The notes under the pieces are model-generated. The model was not told the origin of the DNA. It did not search any database and saw only the letters and a program-made list of their open reading frames with translations. A stretch of DNA of 64,000 nucleotides from Gammaproteobacteria bacterium (GTDB lineage Bacteria; Pseudomonadota; Gammaproteobacteria; Magnimaribacterales; D2472): the NCBI GenBank assembly GCA_045564035.1, contig JBJLIA010000033.1, positions 10,682 to 74,681 of the forward strand. Reading direction: 5' to 3'. Numbering within the stretch: the first letter of the stretch is position 1; the number at the start of each line of letters is the position of its first letter. Positions 47,745 to 56,892 of this stretch are shown in pieces. The translations under genes and the position numbers were made by a program.

Positions 47745-48815
47745 TTATAACTCCTTAAGTTTTGATTCAAGCATGGGTGTTACATGATTATTGATATGAG
47801 CATTCATTCCCATTGGCATAATTTCATAATGCTCTAGTTTTCTTACAACCTTGACCATAATAACGGTAAATTTGTATAGAGCTAAAATATAGTAGTAATC
47901 AAAATCATCTGCACTAAATCCAGTAAGAGCTTCCCATTTAGCAATGGTTGCTACTGGTCCAGGAAAACCACTTAATCTTTCAACATGAACTCCTTTTGAG
48001 TTGCAATCATCAATAGCTATGCCCCAAGCAAGATCCATACAAGGATCTCCAAGCGAAGCCATTTCCCAATCTAAAACAGCTGAAACTTGCCCATCAGGAT
48101 CATACATAATATTTGCACACCTACAATCTCCCCAAAGAATTGAAGATTGAGTGGGCTTAGGCTTGTTGACCTTGAGCCATTCCCTCGCTTGATCAGCAAC
48201 TGGATGTGCCTCACCTTCCATAGCCCAATCGTGAAAATTAAAATAATAATTTAACTCTTGATCAAGATAATCTTCTGAAAGCTTTGGTCTATTAAGAAAT
48301 TCAAAATCTCCATTTGATATATCTACTTGGTGAACTTTAGCCATTTGCTCAACCCAACCCCACCAAATTCTTTCTCTTACATCTTCAGAGGAATCGGCTA
48401 CCCATCCCTCTTGATGAAATGGAGGATTGTCAGAGGGAGCATCGCCACTAGCCATTTCCATAACATAAAACGATGTCCCAAATACCTCATCGCTAGGTTC
48501 GTACCACAGTACATTAGGCACTTTGATATCATGATCAGCTAATTTCTGCATAATCAAAAATTGCTTATGAATGTCATAGTCTGGAAATACAAAAAATCCT
48601 TCAGGATAGAATCGCAGAACCATTCCAGTATTAATTTTTGCGCCATCTAATTCATATGAAACATTGAAACTTAATGTTTCATTTGAGAAACCTGTATTCT
48701 CAGGGCCTCCTAATAATTTGACATCTAGGTCAGTGGCTCCATCTAATTGCGCATCAAGCCAGGCAGTAAAAATTACTCTAGTTTGATCTAAATCTCGTTC
48801 TTGTGGCTTCGGCAT
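47745..48815 (-). CDS. Phosphotransferase-family kinase (APH / choline-kinase-like fold)
   Basis: WGDCRCANIMYD catalytic loop and VLDWEMASLGDP motif. 2 nt upstream of the ALDH gene. Confidence 0.8.
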   Translation of the reverse strand: MPKPQERDLDQTRVIFTAWLDAQLDGATDLDVKLLGGPENTGFSNETLSFNVSYELDGAKINTGMVLRFYPEGFFVFPDYDIHKQFLIMQKLADHDIKVPNVLWYEPSDEVFGTSFYVMEMASGDAPSDNPPFHQEGWVADSSEDVRERIWWGWVEQMAKVHQVDISNGDFEFLNRPKLSEDYLDQELNYYFNFHDWAMEGEAHPVADQAREWLKVNKPKPTQSSILWGDCRCANIMYDPDGQVSAVLDWEMASLGDPCMDLAWGIAIDDCNSKGVHVERLSGFPGPVATIAKWEALTGFSADDFDYYYILALYKFTVIMVKVVRKLEHYEIMPMGMNAHINNHVTPMLESKLKEL

Positions 48816-48882
48816 TGTATTGTTCTATTGATTGATTAAACATCAACCTTAATATAAATTTAAGCAATTAAAAAGAAAAACT

Positions 48883-49965
48883 ATGGCTGATTTATTTAAA
48901 GAAAAATGGGATGCATTTTGCGAAAACCTTAAAGACGTTGGGTCAATTATTGAATCAGAATCTGCGCTAAATGAAACAGACCAAGCTGAAGGATACAGAT
49001 ACTTGCTTCGTTTAATGCGTTTATCATTAGAAATGAATTTAGAGCATTCCAATCCATCTACGCCATCTTTTTATAATCTTTCCCATGAAACTGCAAAAAT
49101 AGGTGCTGATAATCCAGATAATATTTATTTAAATGCAAACATAGATGGAAGACAATCTTACGAAATCTACGGAAATGTTGGTGAATCAAACTATTTAAGC
49201 TTTGGTTTAAAAGAAAATAGATATAGCAAAGATGGCACTATGATTTCTTTGGGTGAAATTGATATGCGAGATATGACGGTGGATGCCTCAGGAGATTTTA
49301 TTTTATATCTTGGTAATCAAGGTGAATCTAAAAATTTTTTACCACTTCCTAAAAATGCCAACATGCTAATTGTTCGTCAAACCTATGAAAATAGAATCTC
49401 TCAAACTCATGCAAAAATTAATATTAAAACTACAAGTTCACAAGCTACGCCTGAACTTTTAACCCCCACTAAACTTGAAACACAACTTAATCAATCTCTT
49501 GCTTTCGTTAGCGGAACTGCATCAACTTTTGTTAAGTGGGTGCACGAATTTAAAAATAATCATAGGAATCAATTGCCAATGGGCGATCAAGCTTTTTTTC
49601 AAGCAGCCGGTGGGGATCCTAAGATTTGTTACCTTCATGGTTATTATGACTTTTGCAAGGATGAATATTTGGAAATCACAACCAATGTTCCTGATTGTGA
49701 GTATTGGAATTTTCAGTTAGAAAATTATTGGATGGAATCTCTGGATTATCGTCATTACCCCATTCATATAAATAAATCATCGGCTATTCTTAATAGCGAT
49801 AACACTCTAACCATCAATGTTAGTCACCATCACATTAATATGGAAAATAACCTTATAACTGAGGGTCGTAACAATGGAGCTATGCTTCTTCGGTGGATTG
49901 GAGCAAGTACATATCCAATCCCAACAGTAGAAATAAAAAAACTTGATGCCTTGGAGGTTAACTAA
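48883..49965 (+). CDS. Conserved hypothetical protein, DUF1214-like
   Basis: DQAEGYRYLLRLMRLSLE and GADNPDNIYLNANIDG patterns recalled from DUF1214 proteins. Assignment from memory only. Confidence 0.4.
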   Translation: MADLFKEKWDAFCENLKDVGSIIESESALNETDQAEGYRYLLRLMRLSLEMNLEHSNPSTPSFYNLSHETAKIGADNPDNIYLNANIDGRQSYEIYGNVGESNYLSFGLKENRYSKDGTMISLGEIDMRDMTVDASGDFILYLGNQGESKNFLPLPKNANMLIVRQTYENRISQTHAKINIKTTSSQATPELLTPTKLETQLNQSLAFVSGTASTFVKWVHEFKNNHRNQLPMGDQAFFQAAGGDPKICYLHGYYDFCKDEYLEITTNVPDCEYWNFQLENYWMESLDYRHYPIHINKSSAILNSDNTLTINVSHHHINMENNLITEGRNNGAMLLRWIGASTYPIPTVEIKKLDALEVN

Positions 49966-51104
49966 TGCTAGATTCTTCAGCAATAAAAAGTGAGGCTAAA
50001 AAGCAAACTAATTTAGAAAATTTTGGTAATCCATTATTTTTGAAAGGATTTGAAAGTCTGGTTCAATCAATCAATCATGAGGCAGACTTAAATAATATTG
50101 GCTTAGAAGCACAAAAACATAGGTTAACCGGTGTATTGGCTAATTTACTTCTGATTGAGGAAGCTTGCATCAAACATCCAGAGATACTCAATGAAGAAAT
50201 TAATTCTCCTGTTGTAATTGTCGGTCTTCCAAGAACAGGAAGCACTATGACCCACAGGCTTCTTGCCTCTGATCCAAGGCATACTGCAATGCTTTGGTGG
50301 GAAGGAAGATATCCAGCCATGCTAAATGATGAAATTCGAGGCAATCCACAAGAACGCATGGAAATGGGAAAAGCTGAAGTTGAAGCAGTAATGCAAGCCT
50401 CACCTGAGGCGCTAACTATTCACCCTTGGGATTACAAGGGTGCAGATGAAGAAATATTACTTTTAGAACATACATTTTTTAGCACAGTTCCAGAATCCTT
50501 TATGCGGCTCCCCTCTTATTCTCAATGGGTCGAATCGCAGGATCATATTCATGCATATGCTCAGCTAAAAAAAATGCTTCAATATCTTCAATGGCAGAGT
50601 CCCGGAAGAGAAGAAAAAAGATGGGTTTTAAAATCGCCTCATCATCTTGGCTTCATTGATAAACTATTAGAAATTTTTCCAGATTCAAAAATTATACAAA
50701 CTCATAGAGACCCATTGAAAACAGTTCCATCATTTTGCTCAATGTGTGCGAATTTATTTGAGCCTCTCACAAACACATATGATAAAAATGAGATTGGCTA
50801 TCATTGGGCTCATAAGTTAGCCAAAGTATTAAATCATTGCATGAAAGTGAGCAATGAAAATAAAGATAATTTCCTCAATCTTGAATTTAATAAAATGATT
50901 AAAGATCCTATTTTGGAAATGAAGGAGATTTATAATTTCATTGGTGAAGATTTTACTGATCAAACAGAAAATGCAATGAATGCCTGGAATGAAGAAAATC
51001 AACATGAGATGGGCGCCCATCAATATTCACTTGAAGAATTTGGATTGGAGAGTTCATTCATTGATAATTACTTTCATGAATATACGAATCAATATATAAA
51101 ATAG
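49965..51104 (+). CDS. Sulfotransferase-family protein
   Basis: GLPRTGSTMTHRLL (5'-PSB loop) and THRDPLKTVPS (3'-PB) motifs. The start overlaps the stop of the upstream gene by 1 nt. Confidence 0.75.
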   Translation: MLDSSAIKSEAKKQTNLENFGNPLFLKGFESLVQSINHEADLNNIGLEAQKHRLTGVLANLLLIEEACIKHPEILNEEINSPVVIVGLPRTGSTMTHRLLASDPRHTAMLWWEGRYPAMLNDEIRGNPQERMEMGKAEVEAVMQASPEALTIHPWDYKGADEEILLLEHTFFSTVPESFMRLPSYSQWVESQDHIHAYAQLKKMLQYLQWQSPGREEKRWVLKSPHHLGFIDKLLEIFPDSKIIQTHRDPLKTVPSFCSMCANLFEPLTNTYDKNEIGYHWAHKLAKVLNHCMKVSNENKDNFLNLEFNKMIKDPILEMKEIYNFIGEDFTDQTENAMNAWNEENQHEMGAHQYSLEEFGLESSFIDNYFHEYTNQYIK

Positions 51105-51112
51105 GAACTAAA

Positions 51113-51889
51113 ATGTTATTAAAAGATAAGGTGGTAATTGTTTCCGGTATTGGACCAGGTTTAGGTCAAGAGCTTGCTTATGGTGCTGCTAGAGAAGGTG
51201 CAAAAATTGCAATAGCCGCAAGATCTACTGACCTGCTTAACAAACTTAAAAATGAAATTGGTAAAAAATCAGATGTAATCGCAATTCCGTGTGATATAAC
51301 CAACCCTGAAGACTGCAAAAATTTAGTTGAAGAAACGGTAAAGAAATATGGGAAGCTTGATGGGTTAATTAATAGCGCCTATCGTGCTGGTGATTTTAAG
51401 GAAGTTAAAGATTCTGATTTTTCTGATTGGCAGGAAACTATGAACACAAACTTTTTTGGAACTATGAATCTCACAATGGCTGCAGTTAAGGAGATGACTC
51501 CAAATCAACAAGGTGCAATCGTAATGATCAACAGCCTTATAACTAAAAAGCCACTCCCGACGCAAGGCGGATATGCAGCATCAAAAGGTGCTCTTGCAAC
51601 TGCAACTAAAATTCTTGCAAAAGAACTTGGGCCAAGTGGAATTAGGGTTAATTCAGTCTATATGGGATGGATGTGGGGTCCACCTGTTGAAATGTATGTA
51701 AATTTTACTGCTGACTCTATGGGTGTTGAACCAAAAGATATTATTGGGGGAGTTACTAAAGACATTCCATTGGGAATTATTCCTGATGATGCAGATTGTG
51801 CAAATGCTGCATTATTTCTAATCTCAGATCTCGCAAAAGTTATTACTGGGGCTAACTTAGATGTAAATGGTGGAGAATTTATGACATAG
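51113..51889 (+). CDS. Short-chain dehydrogenase/reductase (SDR)
   Basis: SGIGPGLG and YAASKGA catalytic motifs, with a DVNGG C-terminus. Confidence 0.85.
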   Translation: MLLKDKVVIVSGIGPGLGQELAYGAAREGAKIAIAARSTDLLNKLKNEIGKKSDVIAIPCDITNPEDCKNLVEETVKKYGKLDGLINSAYRAGDFKEVKDSDFSDWQETMNTNFFGTMNLTMAAVKEMTPNQQGAIVMINSLITKKPLPTQGGYAASKGALATATKILAKELGPSGIRVNSVYMGWMWGPPVEMYVNFTADSMGVEPKDIIGGVTKDIPLGIIPDDADCANAALFLISDLAKVITGANLDVNGGEFMT

Positions 51890-51989
51890 ATGAGTATCAA
51901 ATGATATTTATTCGTCAAGCTAAAAAAAAGTATTTCTTGTTTTTTTAAGAAATAAGAATTTACATGCAATTATTGTTTAAAATCCAAAT

Positions 51990-52862
51990 ATGGCAATTAA
52001 TAAAGATATTCATACTGTTGATCTGATGCTTGGTATCCCTGAGCAAGAAGATAGATCTGATTGGTATACATTCATGGAACCTCTTCTTCGTGATGAGGAA
52101 TCTAAATCTATGTTTAAGATGCCTGCTCAATATATGTTTAAAGATATCCCGGAAACTGGGTCGCATGATGACTTTATACAATTCACTATTGAGCAAATGG
52201 ATAAATTTCATATTAATCAAGCAATGATAGGATTTCATGAGAAGTCCGAAGTAAAAGTTGAGGCTGCAAAAAATCATACGGATAGATTTATTTTTGATTT
52301 ACCAGTGAATCCTAATATAGAAAATGAAGCCGAAAACATAAAAAGACATTACGAGACATATGGCATTAAAGCTGTGAGTGCTTTCCCCTCCGGGTTGTAC
52401 CCTCAAGTTGCAATCAATGATCCAAAATGGCATTCGATATATGAGATGTGTGTTGAGTTAGACATACCTTTTTTCTGTTGTGTTGGAGTGCCTGGACCCA
52501 GAATTCCCATGGCTCCTCAAAAAGTTGAACTAGTCGATGAAGTTTGTTGGTATTTTCCTGAGTTAAAGTTCGTTATGCGGCACGGAGCAGAGCCTTGGAC
52601 AGCTCTGGCTTGCAAACTAATGCTCAAGTATCCTAATTTATATTATTCAACGAGTGCATTTTCACCAAAACATTATCCTAAGGACATTATTAATTTTGCT
52701 AATACACGTGGGAAAAATAAAATAATGTACGCAGGATATTTCCCCATGGGTTTATCTTTGGATAAAATTTTTGGCGAGATGGATGATGTGCCTCTAAAAG
52801 ATGATGTATGGCCATTATTTTTAGGAGAGAATGCTAAAAGAGTGCTCAAGTTAGGGATATAA
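51990..52862 (+). CDS. Amidohydrolase_2 (ACMSD/LigI-like) metal-dependent hydrolase/decarboxylase
   Basis: 290 aa with a TIM-barrel hydrolase pattern: VDLML start region, FVMRHGAEPW, and a YF tail with ENAKRVL. Confidence 0.65.
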   Translation: MAINKDIHTVDLMLGIPEQEDRSDWYTFMEPLLRDEESKSMFKMPAQYMFKDIPETGSHDDFIQFTIEQMDKFHINQAMIGFHEKSEVKVEAAKNHTDRFIFDLPVNPNIENEAENIKRHYETYGIKAVSAFPSGLYPQVAINDPKWHSIYEMCVELDIPFFCCVGVPGPRIPMAPQKVELVDEVCWYFPELKFVMRHGAEPWTALACKLMLKYPNLYYSTSAFSPKHYPKDIINFANTRGKNKIMYAGYFPMGLSLDKIFGEMDDVPLKDDVWPLFLGENAKRVLKLGI

Positions 52863-52893
52863 TTAAAACCACAAAAAAAAATTACCACAGACT

Positions 52894-53859
52894 ATGACTG
52901 AAAAAATAAGATATTCAATGTTGCAAATTCCATTTGGCTGGTACGTTGTTGACTATTCAAATGAACTCAAGCCCGGAGAGGTCAAAGCGGTGCGGTATTT
53001 TGCGCAAGATCAAGTGCTATTTAGAACTGAGTCAGGCGAAGTAAGTATGTTGGATGCTTATTGCCCTCATTTGGGCGCTCATCTAGGTCACGGTGGGATC
53101 ATAAATGGTGAATGCATTGAATGTCCTTTCCATGCCTGGAGATGGAAAACAGATGGAAAGATTGGTGAAATACCTTACGCTAAAAATATTCCTCCAAAAG
53201 CCAAAGAAACTAAAATATTTACTTACCCTACAGTAGAAAGAAATAATCTTATCTATGCTTGGTATCACCCTAACGGAGAAGAGCCTCACTATGAAGTTGA
53301 AACCTATCCAGAAATTAATGATCCTGAGTGGGGAGATGAATTTGAAAAATTTGAATATCGCATAAAATGTCATATTCAGGATATGGCAGAGAATGCTGTT
53401 GATGCTGCCCATTTCATGTATGTGCATGGAGTTGCCTCATATCCAGAATTTGAGGTCACTTACAAAGACCAAAAAAGATTTTTTTACCAAAAAGCAGACA
53501 TGGTTACCCCTAGGGGCACTGTAAAAGGCAAAATATCAGGAGCCTCTAATGGACCTGGAGATAACTTTACGAAGTTTGAAGGTATATGTGACACCCTATT
53601 ATTAGGCTCAACTACTCCAACTGAAAATGAAGAAGTCATAACAAGATTTTCTTTTCTGCAGAAAAAAGTTAATGGGGAAGTTCCAACTGGCGGTGTCGGT
53701 GCCGCTATTATTGCGGATATAAATAAGCAAGTTAGAGAAGACATTCCAGTGTGGGAAAATAAACAATATGCTTCTAAACCAGTTCTTTGCGATTCAGATG
53801 GTCCAATTGCTAAATTTAGAAAGCATTTTGCAACCTTCTATACTGATCAAAAGCAGTAG
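52894..53859 (+). CDS. Rieske [2Fe-2S] non-heme-iron oxygenase, KshA-like
   Basis: Rieske motif CPHLGAHLGHGG..(16)..CPFHAWRW and mononuclear iron motif NAVDAAHFMYVH. Confidence 0.85.
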   Translation: MTEKIRYSMLQIPFGWYVVDYSNELKPGEVKAVRYFAQDQVLFRTESGEVSMLDAYCPHLGAHLGHGGIINGECIECPFHAWRWKTDGKIGEIPYAKNIPPKAKETKIFTYPTVERNNLIYAWYHPNGEEPHYEVETYPEINDPEWGDEFEKFEYRIKCHIQDMAENAVDAAHFMYVHGVASYPEFEVTYKDQKRFFYQKADMVTPRGTVKGKISGASNGPGDNFTKFEGICDTLLLGSTTPTENEEVITRFSFLQKKVNGEVPTGGVGAAIIADINKQVREDIPVWENKQYASKPVLCDSDGPIAKFRKHFATFYTDQKQ

Positions 53860-53917
53860 ATGCCTTACTAAGCCATCAAACTAAGAGAGTAATTATTTTA
53901 TCCAGCCTATTTTGATA

Positions 53918-54412
53918 TTAGCTTTTTAGGATAAACAAGATATTTTCCTCTAATAAAGTCACTGGACTCATGCCAACTTGTTCAAAGTTGAGCTTTGGTG
54001 ATTCTTCAATCCTTCCAATTTCTTCCTTGTATCTATAGAAAATAATGGTTGGGGTTTTTTTTATCTTTAAAATTACACCTCTGTTCTCAGGTTCATTCTT
54101 TTGATAATTTAAACCTATCAATGAAATCAACTCAGGTTTTATGTTGATGTCTTCAAGAAGTCTTAATAATTTTGGTATTTCCCTTTGACTATCATGACAC
54201 CAGGTTCCAAATAGAACTTTAAGGCTTATGCCATCAAGATCTAACTTTTCATCTGAGCTAAGAGGCTCAGCATCAAGATAATTTTGATGAAATTTTCTGT
54301 GAGTTGAAAAAAGTTCATCTTTTGAAATATCACCAACTAACATTAAATTAGTTGACCCAAGAATTGGGAAACTTATAAATAGAGCTAAGCAAAGGTTTGT
54401 AACTTTATTCAA
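53918..54412 (-). CDS. Exported thioredoxin-fold protein with monothiol WCHDS motif
   Basis: Signal peptide. FGTWCHDSQREIPKL sits at the position of the WCxxC motif. 164 aa. Confidence 0.5.
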   Translation of the reverse strand: MNKVTNLCLALFISFPILGSTNLMLVGDISKDELFSTHRKFHQNYLDAEPLSSDEKLDLDGISLKVLFGTWCHDSQREIPKLLRLLEDINIKPELISLIGLNYQKNEPENRGVILKIKKTPTIIFYRYKEEIGRIEESPKLNFEQVGMSPVTLLEENILFILKS

Positions 54413-54424
54413 AATTATTAAACC

Positions 54425-54595
54425 CTAGGAATCTATAGGCTCAAAATCAAACTTACTTACGCCACATTCTGGGCAAACCCAATCATCAGGAATGTCCTCC
54501 CATTTGGTTCCAGCAGGTATGCCGTCTTCAGGGTCGCCTAGTTCCTCATCATAGATATATCCACATATTACGCATTCATATTTCTTATACTGCAT
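54425..54595 (-). CDS. Rubredoxin (56 aa; below the ORF-track size cut-off)
   Basis: My translation of the minus strand is [56 protein letters not shown]. It has both CxxCG knuckles. The ATG lies inside the last codons of the upstream transporter gene. Confidence 0.9.
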   Translation of the reverse strand: MQYKKYECVICGYIYDEELGDPEDGIPAGTKWEDIPDDWVCPECGVSKFDFEPIDS

Positions 54596-55934
54596 TTTTA
54601 TTTAATTTTGATTTAATTTCCTCATGATCTTCTCTGCCCAATGAATGTGTAAAGAGTAGATATGAAGCTATAGAATAACTAATGATAGGTACAAATGTAT
54701 AAATATAATAAATTGCCATTTTTGAAGACTCTGTATTTGCTGTTCCAATAGAGATATCAAATCCCCAATAAAGCTCTAAGACTAGGTAAGGAAGGACTGC
54801 TGCAAGAGCAAACCCTACTTTCGTAAGAGTCGTTAGAAATGAAAAAACAGTGCCAGAAATATTTTCTCCAACTTCAACTGCTAACTTATCAGAAACATCT
54901 GCGGTCATTGCATTTATCAGTGGGAGTGGACCAGAAAAAGAAAGTCCGTATAAGACTATGAATGATCCTACTGCAATTAATTTATAAGTTGTCTCTAGGT
55001 CTTTAATAAACCAATAGCCAATAAAACCTGATGTTAAGACTATTATGGCGTAAATGCAGGATACTCCAGCAGCAAAATGCTTAGAAGTCTTTAAGCTTAG
55101 GTGCCTCCATATCCCCAAACCAAACACACTCACAATATAATAAATTAACATCAGCCTTGATGAGTATTCAGGAAGCTCAATCACAACTTCCATCCAGATT
55201 AAATACAGAGCTCCATTTAAACTCATGCAAAAAGCTATTAAGACTGCAGCAATTACAATTCTTATTAACATTTTATTTGAAAATAATTTCTTAAAATTCT
55301 TGAATGGATTCTTTGATCTATCTCTAGAGATTGACTCCATAGAGTCAGGGGTCTGAATAATAGCGTTAAGAGTTATTATTGGAATGCAAAACAGAACAAA
55401 GATACCAATAGCATTAACCTTTGCCTGTAACGAAGGATCATTTATCTCAACTGCTGCTGGAATTGCGATAACTGAAAACATTCCTAGAAGCGCCATTAAT
55501 TCTCTTAATGTTAATAGTTTAGTTCTGTCATCATAATCAGGAGCTAGAAACGTTGCCCAAGATAGTTGTGTGATGCTGCTCAAAGTAAAAGCTGAATAAA
55601 GCAAAAACAATCCCACAAAAAAATAAATTGAGGATGGGGATGAGGTGGTGGGTAAAAAAATTAAGAAAGTGGCTAGCATAAATATAGGAGCAGAAAGAAA
55701 AATCCAATGCTTATGTTTACCCCATCTAGAAGGAAATTTATCAATTAAAAGACCCATTATTGGATCGGTTAAAATATCAGTAAATCTTCCAAGAAAAAAA
55801 ATAATACCGACCAAAGATAGCCCTAGACCTAAATCATCTGCGTAAAACGGCAAAATAAATATAAAAATTGGCATTCCGGCTGCAGAAGTCGGAAGATTTA
55901 ATGCGGTATATGAAAGCCGCTGAAATAATTTCAT
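54585..55934 (-). CDS. GPH/MFS_2-family cation symporter
   Basis: [29 protein letters not shown] is the signature loop of MelB/GPH-type transporters. About 12 TM segments. Confidence 0.8.
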   Translation of the reverse strand: MKLFQRLSYTALNLPTSAAGMPIFIFILPFYADDLGLGLSLVGIIFFLGRFTDILTDPIMGLLIDKFPSRWGKHKHWIFLSAPIFMLATFLIFLPTTSSPSSIYFFVGLFLLYSAFTLSSITQLSWATFLAPDYDDRTKLLTLRELMALLGMFSVIAIPAAVEINDPSLQAKVNAIGIFVLFCIPIITLNAIIQTPDSMESISRDRSKNPFKNFKKLFSNKMLIRIVIAAVLIAFCMSLNGALYLIWMEVVIELPEYSSRLMLIYYIVSVFGLGIWRHLSLKTSKHFAAGVSCIYAIIVLTSGFIGYWFIKDLETTYKLIAVGSFIVLYGLSFSGPLPLINAMTADVSDKLAVEVGENISGTVFSFLTTLTKVGFALAAVLPYLVLELYWGFDISIGTANTESSKMAIYYIYTFVPIISYSIASYLLFTHSLGREDHEEIKSKLNKNAV

Positions 55935-55947
55935 ATTGCTGGAGCGC

Positions 55948-56349
55948 TTAAGATTTAAAAACGTCTCTCATTGAAATAATACCAACAAGATGCTCTCCAG
56001 AGAACACCGGTAAATGTCGAATTTGATTTTCGAGCATAAGTTGTTTCGCTTCAGAGTTAGAGGTATCTGGACAAGTAAAAATTAATTTCTTTGTCATAAC
56101 ATCTTTAACAGTTTTGGATGCAAATGTTTTAGATCCACCAGACAATGCGTAAACAAAATCTCGTTCAGTTAAAATACCAACAACAGATGATTTGCATAGA
56201 TGATTCTCAGAGCCACATTTAGATATCATCAAAGCACCGATTTTATTTTTATTCATCAAAACAGCAGCTTCAAATAAATCTGAATCCTCGGGAATAGTAA
56301 AAATGTCCCAATATTTTTGTTCATTCAGATGGTCTTTCACTTTTTTCAT
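55948..56349 (-). CDS. CBS-domain pair protein
   Basis: 133 aa with two CBS repeats (GILTERD.., HLPV..LVGIISMRDV). Confidence 0.8.
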   Translation of the reverse strand: MKKVKDHLNEQKYWDIFTIPEDSDLFEAAVLMNKNKIGALMISKCGSENHLCKSSVVGILTERDFVYALSGGSKTFASKTVKDVMTKKLIFTCPDTSNSEAKQLMLENQIRHLPVFSGEHLVGIISMRDVFKS

Positions 56350-56479
56350 GATTCTTGAGCAGACAGCCTTAGCTTAAAAGTATTTATGTAAAAGATATTA
56401 ACACCCAATCTAATTTCTTGGTATCATATGCATAATTATTACGTATAATTTTTACGTATTTTTTTAACATTTTAAACAT

Positions 56480-56863
56480 TTGATCAATATGAAATCATTA
56501 AATTGCCTGATAGTTTTTCTTTTTGCATTTTTATTTGCCCTACCAGCTTTTGCTGGTGATAGGGGTTACGTTGGAGAAGAAGGGACTGAAATTGAAGTAA
56601 ATAGAGTGTCTAGCCCTTCTCCTGAATATCCAAGACGAGCTATACGACTTGGAGTCGAAGGATCGGTTCGATTAGAGTTTGATGTAGACACCGATGGCTC
56701 AGTGCTTGATCCATATGTAGTGGAAAGTAGTCCTGCAGGTGTTTTTGACAGAGCTGCAATAAAAGCAGTCAGAAAGTTCTTATATGAACCTCCAACTTAC
56801 AATGGTACTTCAGTGAAGGTAAACAACGTCCAAATCGATCTTACCTTTAAGCTAGCTAATTAA
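56480..56863 (+). CDS. Secreted TonB C-terminal-domain-only protein
   Basis: Signal peptide ..LPAFA-GD followed directly by TonB_C motifs YPRRAIRLGVEGSVRLEFDVDTDGSV and FDRAAIKAVRKFLYEP. No TM anchor or Pro-rich spacer. Confidence 0.75.
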   Translation: MINMKSLNCLIVFLFAFLFALPAFAGDRGYVGEEGTEIEVNRVSSPSPEYPRRAIRLGVEGSVRLEFDVDTDGSVLDPYVVESSPAGVFDRAAIKAVRKFLYEPPTYNGTSVKVNNVQIDLTFKLAN

Positions 56864-56892
56864 GTTCTGCTTCGTATAAATACAGGTAAATA

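Noticed and set aside
51931-51954. Hairpin TATTTCTT-gttttttt-AAGAAATA downstream of the SDR gene as a terminator
   Set aside because: The 8-bp stem is almost entirely A/T (one C:G pair) with a large loop and no downstream T-tract. Too weak to call.
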